Below are positions 56,927 through 64,000 of a DNA stretch of 64,000 nt, in pieces. The DNA comes from Phycisphaerae bacterium (GTDB lineage: Bacteria; Planctomycetota; Phycisphaerae; Sedimentisphaerales; UBA12454). A program made the translations under genes and the position numbers. The notes below the pieces were generated by a model. The model ran no database searches. It saw only the letters and a list, made by a program, of their open reading frames with translations, and was not told the origin of the DNA. Within the stretch, counting starts at the first letter, position 1. Each line of letters opens with the position of its first letter. The stretch covers positions 1,401-65,400 of the forward strand of contig JBGOWI010000004.1 in assembly GCA_041478555.1 (NCBI GenBank). Reading direction: 5' to 3'.

Positions 56927-58618
56927 ATGGACGGCAAGCTTGTTTTAGAGATGGTTTTCTCTATAATCGGGGGCCTTGGTCTGTTCCTTCTGGGCATGAA
57001 GAATATGTCCGAAGGTATGCAGGCCGTGGCGGGCGAGCGGCTTCGCAAACTCATAGGTGTCGTGACAAACAACCGCTTTGTGGCCTGCGGGGTCGGCATT
57101 ATTGTTACTATTCTCATCCAGTCCAGCAGCGCTACTACCGTTATTCTCGTAGGCATGGTCAACGCCGGTCTAATGACGCTGACACAGGCCATCGGCGTTA
57201 TCTATGGGGCCAATATCGGCACAACCATTACGGCGTGGATTCTGGCTATAAATCTTACGGAATACGGCCTGCCGCTTTTGGGGGCTTCGATAATCCTGTC
57301 ATTCTTCACGTCGCACGACCGCCTCCGCTACTACACTACTGTAGGTATTGGCGTGGGAATGATATTTTTCGGGCTGCAACTGATGACAAGCGGTCTTGCA
57401 CCGATAAAACAAATGCCTGCGTTCGAGGCGTGGTTCGCAAAATTCACGGCAGATTCCTACATGGGCGCCATAAGATGCTGCCTGACAGGGGCTCTTGTTA
57501 CGGCGATAGTTCAGTCGTCGGCGGCAACGGTCGGCATTACAATGGGACTAGCCTATAACGGCATTATAGATTTTCACGCGGCGGCGGCATTAGTGCTGGG
57601 CGAAAATATAGGCACAACAATCACCGCTGTGCTGGCCTCAATACCGGCAAACCGCAACGCGAAACGAGCCGCTTTCGCCCATTCGCTGTTTAATATCATC
57701 GGCGTGATATGGGTGATATCCATATTCGGCATTTTCACAAAGGTTATCGAGCAGCTCATCGGGGTCGATATGGCAACGCCTGAGATTATTAACGGCAGAA
57801 CTGTCTATCCATACGTAATGAGGGGTATAGCGGCAACCCATACCACCTTCAATGTCGCCAACGTCATAGTGTTTATGCCACTGCCTAAACTGCTGGCTAA
57901 ACTGCTTTATAAAATCGTACCCGAAAAAGCCGTGCCGGAAGAACCACGTCTTACCGCACTCAATATACGCCTCGTAGATACGCCGGTGCTTGGCATCGAA
58001 CAGTCCAGAAGAGAAATTCTCATAATGAGCTCGGCAGTAATACAAATGATGAACAAGCTCAAAGAGGTTATTTTGTCGCCGAATAATCAAAAAGAAAAAA
58101 CTGAAAAAGCCGAATATGTTTTCCTGAAAGAAAGAGAACTGGATGTAATACAAAAAGAGATTGTCGAGTTTATCAGCTCCATCATCGCAGGCACCATTCC
58201 ACACGAGGTGGCTGAGGAAAGCCGAAGACAGTTAAGAATGGCCGATGAATTCGAATCAATAAGTGATTATATAACCAATATCCTGAAATTAAATCTCAAA
58301 CTCCGGCAGTCCGGGCAAAAAATGAGTCCCGAAGGCTTAGCCGCCATAATCGACCTGCACGATAATGTGGCTGAATACCTTGGGCTTATAGATGAAGCCA
58401 CAAAAAATGCCGATGCGAATGTGCTTATGTTGGCAGAGAGCAGAGGTCAATCCATAACAGAACTTATGAAAAGGTATCGAACAGAACACCTCGCCCGCGT
58501 CAGCGCCGGTATCGCGTCGCCATTAAAAAGCCTGATTTACACCGATATGCTCAATTCGTACCGACGAATAAAAGACCACGGACTTAATATCGCTGAAGTG
58601 CTGGCAGGGGAAAAATAG
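56927..58618 (+). CDS. Na/Pi cotransporter family protein with a PhoU-like C-terminal domain
   Basis: Duplicated QSSSATT/QSSAATV motifs and a helical PhoU-like tail. Confidence 0.85.
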   Translation: MDGKLVLEMVFSIIGGLGLFLLGMKNMSEGMQAVAGERLRKLIGVVTNNRFVACGVGIIVTILIQSSSATTVILVGMVNAGLMTLTQAIGVIYGANIGTTITAWILAINLTEYGLPLLGASIILSFFTSHDRLRYYTTVGIGVGMIFFGLQLMTSGLAPIKQMPAFEAWFAKFTADSYMGAIRCCLTGALVTAIVQSSAATVGITMGLAYNGIIDFHAAAALVLGENIGTTITAVLASIPANRNAKRAAFAHSLFNIIGVIWVISIFGIFTKVIEQLIGVDMATPEIINGRTVYPYVMRGIAATHTTFNVANVIVFMPLPKLLAKLLYKIVPEKAVPEEPRLTALNIRLVDTPVLGIEQSRREILIMSSAVIQMMNKLKEVILSPNNQKEKTEKAEYVFLKERELDVIQKEIVEFISSIIAGTIPHEVAEESRRQLRMADEFESISDYITNILKLNLKLRQSGQKMSPEGLAAIIDLHDNVAEYLGLIDEATKNADANVLMLAESRGQSITELMKRYRTEHLARVSAGIASPLKSLIYTDMLNSYRRIKDHGLNIAEVLAGEK

Positions 58619-58792
58619 TTTTTAGTTTTTAATTCTTAATTTTGAATTGATTATCGCTCTGAACTTATAAAGCCCTGCGAAAGTGTTCGCGGGGCTAACC
58701 GAAAACCCGCTGTGAAACGGCGGGCTAAATAATAAACGCCCACGTTAAAAAAACTTGCTCAAAACTTAAACCAAGTTAAAATTACTTTAAGA

Positions 58793-59425
58793 ATGATAAC
58801 AATAATTGATTACAAGGCGGGAAACCTGACAAGCGTGCGGCTGGCTTTTGAACATATAGGATGCAAGGTGAAAATCACGGATAAGGCTGAGGAAATCCTG
58901 CAGGCAGAAAAAATTGTTTTCCCCGGCGTAGGTGCGGCAAAAGCTGCAATGGAAACCATCAAAACATTAAACATCCTCGAAGCTATATACAAGGTAATTG
59001 CAGATGGAAGACCATTTTTCGGCATCTGTATCGGGATGCAGCTTCTGTTTAAGATGAGCGAAGAAGACGGCGGGACTAAATGCCTCGGCATTTTAGCCGG
59101 AAGCGTGAAAAAATTCAAATCTGCTGACAGATTCTGTAAAATACCACAGATGGGCTGGAATACAGTGAAAATAATAAAATCGCATCCTGTCTTTGAGGGG
59201 ATTGAAGACCAGAGTGAGTTTTACTTTGTACACAGCTACTATCCGAGCTGCGATGAGAAAAGCAATATAATCGGTCAGACCGAATATGCGGATGCGGTTT
59301 TTGCGAGCGCGGCAGGAAAAGAAAATCTTGTTGCGACACAGTTTCACCCGGAAAGGTCGGGCAGAATCGGCTTGAAACTGCTTGAGAATTTCAGTAAGTG
59401 GGACGGCAGAGACGGCAAATGCTGA
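58793..59425 (+). CDS. hisH: Imidazole glycerol phosphate synthase, glutamine amidotransferase subunit
   Basis: IIDYKAGNLTSV, GICIGMQ and QFHPERS. Confidence 0.9.
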   Translation: MITIIDYKAGNLTSVRLAFEHIGCKVKITDKAEEILQAEKIVFPGVGAAKAAMETIKTLNILEAIYKVIADGRPFFGICIGMQLLFKMSEEDGGTKCLGILAGSVKKFKSADRFCKIPQMGWNTVKIIKSHPVFEGIEDQSEFYFVHSYYPSCDEKSNIIGQTEYADAVFASAAGKENLVATQFHPERSGRIGLKLLENFSKWDGRDGKC

Positions 59426-60198
59426 CGAAAAGAATAATACCGTGCCTTGATGTAAGGAGACGCAAAGTAACCAAGGGTGTAAGATTTCAGAATAATATCG
59501 ACCTTGGCGACCCCGTCGAGATGGCGGTCGCTTACAGCGACGGCGGATGCGATGAGCTTGTTTTCTATGATATAACCGCTTCAGCAGACCAAAGAGATAT
59601 AGATATTGATATGGTTCGCGAGGTTGCAAAGGCGGTGCATATACCCTTTGCCGTCGGCGGCGGAATAAAAAATCTCGAAGATATGAGGCAGGTGCTTCTG
59701 GCCGGTGCTGAGAAGGTGAGTGTAAATTCTCTTGCTGTGCAAAATCCGAACATTATCACCCAAGGAGCAAAACAGTTCGGCTCACAGTGCATTGTTCTGG
59801 GGATGGACCCCGTAGGAGTCGCAAAGAGCGATAAATTTCCGAGCGGTTATGAAATCACAATCGAGGGTTTCAGGAAAAGGACGGGGCTCGATGCCCTGCA
59901 GTGGGCAAAACACGCAGAAGAGCTCGGCGCAGGTGAAATAGTGGTCAACAGCGTCGATGCCGACGGCACACAGGAAGGCTTTGAGATTAATCTTACAAGA
60001 CTGATTGCTGAAAATGTGGGGATACCTGTAGTGGCGAGCGGCGGAGGAGGGACTTGTCAGCATTTAATCGATGTCTTCAACAAAGGAAAGGCTGACGCTG
60101 CAATCATAGCGAGCATGATTCACACAGGAAGGTTTACAATCAGACAAATAAAAGATAAACTTATCGCTGCCGGGATTCCCATAAGGCAAAAATGGTAA
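59419..60198 (+). CDS. hisF: Imidazole glycerol phosphate synthase, cyclase subunit
   Basis: ATG at 59419 overlaps the hisH stop (ATGCTGA). MLTKRIIPCLDV. Confidence 0.9.
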   Translation: MLTKRIIPCLDVRRRKVTKGVRFQNNIDLGDPVEMAVAYSDGGCDELVFYDITASADQRDIDIDMVREVAKAVHIPFAVGGGIKNLEDMRQVLLAGAEKVSVNSLAVQNPNIITQGAKQFGSQCIVLGMDPVGVAKSDKFPSGYEITIEGFRKRTGLDALQWAKHAEELGAGEIVVNSVDADGTQEGFEINLTRLIAENVGIPVVASGGGGTCQHLIDVFNKGKADAAIIASMIHTGRFTIRQIKDKLIAAGIPIRQKW

Positions 60199-60229
60199 AA
60201 TGAACAGTGGCATTTTTTGAGAGGTTTCC

Positions 60230-61162
60230 ATGAATAACTTAAACAAATCGATAAGCGTAATTGAGCCGGTAAACGAAGCTCTTGAAAAAACGAAAATACT
60301 ATTATTCAAGCCTTTCAATCTGGAAAAATGGTTTATAATCGGCTTTTGTGCATGGCTGACAAATCTGTTCTGCGAAGGATTCGGCGGCGGCATAAATTTC
60401 AGGCTCAACGGCCAAACAGGCTCCCAAACCTCACAGGTGCCGGCGGAAGCACTTAATTTCTTCAGAAATCATACCGTCGCCGCAATTATCATCACTGCGG
60501 CGATAATCACCCTGTTTCTTGCCGTCTTGATTCTGTTTTTATGGTTAAGCAGCAGGGGACGGTTTATGTTTCTCGATTGTCTCGCAAAAAACAAGGGACA
60601 AATCAGACAGCCGTGGAAGGTATTCAAGCAGCAGGCCAACAGTCTTTTCGGATTTCGGCTGTTTCTGGTAATTGTCAGCCTGATATGTATGACTGCCTTG
60701 AGCATTCCAATGATGGCTGTTTTAGTACTTGCAAAAACCACAGCCGTCAGCATCATAGCTGCCGGGATATTGTTTTTTGCTATACTTTTACTTATTTTTA
60801 CGGCAGCACTAATCCTCGGTCTGGTTCAATGCCTGACCTTTGATTTTGTTGTGCCGATAATGTATCTGCAAAGGACCGGCATATTAGCCGGCTGGCGACA
60901 ATTTGGGGCGTTGTTTTGGGGTCGCTTCTGGAAATTTATTCTTTACGTAATTTTCAAGGTCCTGATAGTGTTTTGCATTGCGGCAATAATGTCGATAATT
61001 GTATTTTTCAGCTGCTGTTGCTGCTGTATAGGGATAATTCTGTTTATACCTTATATAGGCACGGTGATACTACTGCCGTTCTTCAGCTTTCTCAGACTTT
61101 ACTCGCTCTGTTTTTTCCGGCAGTTCGGCAGCGAATTTGACGTTTTTCTTTCCGCAGCATAA
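60230..61162 (+). CDS. Polytopic membrane protein with a CCCCC motif, function unknown
   Basis: 310-aa ORF with 6-7 TM segments and FFSCCCCCIGIILF. Confidence 0.45.
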   Translation: MNNLNKSISVIEPVNEALEKTKILLFKPFNLEKWFIIGFCAWLTNLFCEGFGGGINFRLNGQTGSQTSQVPAEALNFFRNHTVAAIIITAAIITLFLAVLILFLWLSSRGRFMFLDCLAKNKGQIRQPWKVFKQQANSLFGFRLFLVIVSLICMTALSIPMMAVLVLAKTTAVSIIAAGILFFAILLLIFTAALILGLVQCLTFDFVVPIMYLQRTGILAGWRQFGALFWGRFWKFILYVIFKVLIVFCIAAIMSIIVFFSCCCCCIGIILFIPYIGTVILLPFFSFLRLYSLCFFRQFGSEFDVFLSAA

Positions 61163-61169
61163 ATTTGAT

Positions 61170-62453
61170 TTACTCGCTCTGCTGTCTTAACAAGCGCAAA
61201 ACGGCTACTCCAAACCGCTGAGCCGCATCAGGACCGCCGACTGTTACCTGAGCCGCATCAGGACCGCTGGCTGTTATCATATTACCGTCAATTTCAAGCG
61301 AACTATTCTTCCACTCAGCGCCGGCACCGACAAGCTTCCTGCGCTGTGAGGTAAAACTTGCAACATTTCTGCCCTTGACGATGTCGGCATAAGCAAATAT
61401 GGCAGGAGCAATAGAAATTGCAGCGAGTATTTTATTTTTTTCATCTGCCGACCGCACAAGATTCAATACGTCCTTGTTATCAAAATACTCTCTCGTACCG
61501 GGGCCGCCAATAAAGACAAAGGCATCATAATCATCAGCTTTTACATCCTTGACAAGCACCGTTGCTGTTATGGTATTTCTTTCGATGCCTTTTATTCCGC
61601 CTATAACCGAACTTGCAACAACCGGCTGAATTCCCACCAACTGAAGAGCATTTTCGACACCAAAATACTCGGTATCATTGAAATACTGTTTTGCCACAAT
61701 GATAACAACGCGTTTTGTGCGAATATCGTCTGCCGGTCGAACCGCCAGCGGAGATACAGGAGCGGAGGCAACGGCCGGCTCAAGGGCAGGCTTTACAATC
61801 GGATTACCCGTACAAATCAGATACAACGGCTCGAGCTCTTCGGTAAGCTTACAGATTCCCGCAACCGATTTGGGGTCAAAAACGCCGAGGGGCACAGAAC
61901 CAAGCCCAAGAACAACCGCCTGCAAATGAATATTCTGAGCAATATGGCCAGCCTCAAGATAAATAAACTTTTCGCCTTTGCCCCGGTACTTTGCCTCAAT
62001 TTTTCTTATTGAGCCGGAAATTACAAAAATGCACGGCGAATTCTGCACAACTTTCTGCCCAAAAGATGCTGTAGAAAGCATCGGCCTGATATCACCGTTG
62101 ATTTGCTTTTCAAGACTATGGCCCTGCGGCGAATAAAGATAAAGGCCGTCGGGCAGAACAACATACAACTGTATGGGATACAAAGCACCCGCTGACGGAG
62201 CGGCCCTTAAGCCTTTGTTGGGCTCCGTTATGCCCTGCGCCGACCAGCACAACTGCCCTATCTGACTTATTTTCAAAGGCTCTGCGGTAAACTGCCGGAC
62301 GCTCCTGCGATTTTTAATCGCCTGCTCAAGAGAAATTTTACCATTCAAATCCGGTTCAGACAGTTTTATGGTCGTTACAACCGGCACGACAGCCACAGGC
62401 TGTGCCAAAACAACATTTGAAACCAACAACAAAACAAGAAATACTTTTTTCAT
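61170..62453 (-). CDS. Secreted fusion of a SagB/nitroreductase-like domain and a DJ-1/PfpI-like domain
   Basis: Signal peptide MKKVFLVLLLVSNVVLAQP. RRSVRQF...GALYPIQLYVV (nitroreductase-like). KRVVIIVA...YDAFVFIGGPG (DJ-1/PfpI-like). Confidence 0.55.
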   Translation of the reverse strand: MKKVFLVLLLVSNVVLAQPVAVVPVVTTIKLSEPDLNGKISLEQAIKNRRSVRQFTAEPLKISQIGQLCWSAQGITEPNKGLRAAPSAGALYPIQLYVVLPDGLYLYSPQGHSLEKQINGDIRPMLSTASFGQKVVQNSPCIFVISGSIRKIEAKYRGKGEKFIYLEAGHIAQNIHLQAVVLGLGSVPLGVFDPKSVAGICKLTEELEPLYLICTGNPIVKPALEPAVASAPVSPLAVRPADDIRTKRVVIIVAKQYFNDTEYFGVENALQLVGIQPVVASSVIGGIKGIERNTITATVLVKDVKADDYDAFVFIGGPGTREYFDNKDVLNLVRSADEKNKILAAISIAPAIFAYADIVKGRNVASFTSQRRKLVGAGAEWKNSSLEIDGNMITASGPDAAQVTVGGPDAAQRFGVAVLRLLRQQSE

Positions 62454-62471
62454 TTTGAAACCTTCCGGTAA

Positions 62472-62795
62472 TCAATCCTCATCTTTTTCAATTACGGTAA
62501 CTTCGCCGGTCTGCTTATGCTTATATATAAGGTGCAGATTGCGAATGTAAATAAGCGCGTTGAGCGAAAAACCAAGTATGAAAATGGGCTCGGCTCTGTG
62601 AATGCTGTAAGCAAGCAATATAACGCTGCCTACCAGAGACAGATACCAGAACCCTATCGGCACATGAGACTTTTTTTTGTACTCACTGACAAGCCACTGC
62701 AGTATAAATCTGCCTCCAAAAGCAAACTGTCCCACAAAGCCGATTGTCGTCCAGACAGGCTCCTGTGAAAGCTCCTTTACCAAAGACTCAAACAT
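62472..62795 (-). CDS. Lipid-A-disaccharide synthase N-terminal-domain-like small membrane protein
   Basis: 107 aa. GFVGQFAFGGRFILQWLVSEYKKKSHVPIGFWYLSLVGS. Confidence 0.6.
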   Translation of the reverse strand: MFESLVKELSQEPVWTTIGFVGQFAFGGRFILQWLVSEYKKKSHVPIGFWYLSLVGSVILLAYSIHRAEPIFILGFSLNALIYIRNLHLIYKHKQTGEVTVIEKDED

Positions 62796-62876
62796 ATACT
62801 TCTCCTGAAAAAGAAATTAAATAGCCTATGATAACCGAATATGATATAAAAACAACATTTTCCAGAAATTGATGTT

Positions 62877-63602
62877 ATGAAAATAACCAGAGAACAGAAA
62901 TTTTTTATAACTATCCTGATATTTTACTGGCTGGGCATATTCGCTGCCACGCATATTCCCATACCCGACTGGACAAGAAAAATGGGCGTAAGCGATAAGA
63001 CCATGCACTTTGTCGCCTATATGACGCTGGCACTTTTGCTGTGGTTCGGCACAAGTTTTGAAAAAAAGGCCGACTGGAGAAAACTTCGCCCCTGGCTGCT
63101 ATCAGGAATCATTCTTCTCTATGGTATGGTAGACGAACCAACGCAACATTTCGTTAAACGCACACCGGATATCTGGGATTTCGCAGCCGATGCACTCGGC
63201 CTGGCCGTTGCAATGGCAATGGTTACTGTCCTGCCGGGGCGTCATACAGTAATGGTACTGACTATAGTTTGTCCGTTCTTTCTGCCGGGACTAGTAAGGA
63301 CACAGCTTATAATGCAGGGTTCCATACTCGAAGCCGGAGTCTATCTGGCAGGTTTTGTAGTCGTAACGGCCATCTGGATTAAGTATCTATCCTCTGTTTT
63401 TTTCCTGAATTCCAAATGCGCCGGATTTTTACCAATATTTTTTGCGCCACCGGCAGGAATTGTTATAATATTAAAGTTTTATGCGGAGATTACAAATAAA
63501 CCGCTCGGCACAACAGCATTTTTAAGCGCTTTTGCTGCGATAATATTGACGCTTATTATCCAGATGGCCATACCTCCCCACCGCAAACCGACCTCATCAT
63601 AG
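62877..63602 (+). CDS. VanZ-like membrane protein
   Basis: DKTMHFVAYMTLALL ... MVDEPTQHFV.R ... DFAADALG pattern. Confidence 0.5.
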   Translation: MKITREQKFFITILIFYWLGIFAATHIPIPDWTRKMGVSDKTMHFVAYMTLALLLWFGTSFEKKADWRKLRPWLLSGIILLYGMVDEPTQHFVKRTPDIWDFAADALGLAVAMAMVTVLPGRHTVMVLTIVCPFFLPGLVRTQLIMQGSILEAGVYLAGFVVVTAIWIKYLSSVFFLNSKCAGFLPIFFAPPAGIVIILKFYAEITNKPLGTTAFLSAFAAIILTLIIQMAIPPHRKPTSS

Positions 63603-63653
63603 TGATGTCGGGGCTAACCAGCATCGTCGTACCGACGACGGCTAAATACCGAA

Positions 63654-64000
63654 TTATTTGATGTTGAGCTTATAAAGAGGGTCGCCGATAAGGATAAACT
63701 GCCATGAATTGAAGGGATTTGTGCTGTAAAAAGCCTCGACAAGGCATTTGCCATCAAGCAGTTCGGCAAAAAATTTATCCGGCTGAGGAAATGAAAGCAG
63801 ATAAGGCTCACCAACCGGGCCTAATGTGGCGGTTATGCCGTCTGAAAGCATAGCGGGACACCAGTTGGAACTCGCTGAATTGCGCAAATCCACAGCCTCA
63901 AAACTTGCTATATGAAACCCGACGGCACCGGGGACAAAATCAAACGCATCAACATATTTTTTTACGCTATACCAGCCGCAGTAAATCGCCGCCTTCGGGC
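63654..64000 (-). CDS. 3' part of a hypothetical gene whose 5' end lies beyond the right edge
   Basis: The minus-strand frame is open from 64000 to the stop at 63654 (...GWYSVKKYVDAFDFVPGAVGFHIASFEA...GDPLYKLNIK). The GTG at 63893 in the ORF track is probably internal. Confidence 0.5.
   Translation of the reverse strand, partial: PKAAIYCGWYSVKKYVDAFDFVPGAVGFHIASFEAVDLRNSASSNWCPAMLSDGITATLGPVGEPYLLSFPQPDKFFAELLDGKCLVEAFYSTNPFNSWQFILIGDPLYKLNIK

Noticed and set aside
58619-58792. Histidine leader-peptide attenuator upstream of hisH, by analogy with the trp leader
   Set aside because: There is no run of His codons in any small ORF. The hairpins present (GCCCTGCGAA/TTCGCGGGGC and CCCGC/GCGGG) belong to the dispersed GGCTAA-type repeat family and lack a U-run.

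Overview
This is a 64-kb chromosomal window of roughly 45-50% G+C by eye. A DUF1559-like prepilin pseudopilin, a PEGA lipoprotein, a dockerin-like secreted protein, a GxxExxY gene and very dense short intergenic repeats suggest a PVC-group bacterium, possibly Planctomycetota or Phycisphaerae-like. That assignment is inference only. Most genes are housekeeping: a fused EtfB-EtfA plus ETF-QO, PPi-type PFK, ECF sigma/anti-sigma, nikR, rtcB-archease, ahcY, trpEGDFBA, a GT4-GH57-debranching glucan cluster, pheT, csrA, a csp, a YitJ-like MetF fusion, thyX, metG-ricT-holB-tmk, purE and hisHF. I saw no rRNA, tRNA, CRISPR array, cas gene, integrase or transposase. The most interesting signals are non-coding. 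(1) At 40277-40797 there are four tandem ~105-120-nt structured RNA modules. Each has a CU-rich anti-Shine-Dalgarno-like head and two hairpins supported by compensatory changes, and the array ends in a + strand terminator. I cannot assign it to any RNA family from memory. (2) At 30.6-30.8 kb there is a second CU-rich small-RNA locus with three stacked terminators. (3) Upstream of trpE there is a classical WWW leader-peptide attenuator. Other points: a bacterial histone-fold (DUF1931-like) gene, two inverted promoter-plus-gene copies of an HNH-AP2 endonuclease, a ~100-bp inverted-repeat element family, short repeats inserted in frame into housekeeping genes, a cold-shock protein with a tetrapeptide-repeat tail, and a MazF cassette abutting ahcY. 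All family calls come from motif recognition by eye. No searches were run.
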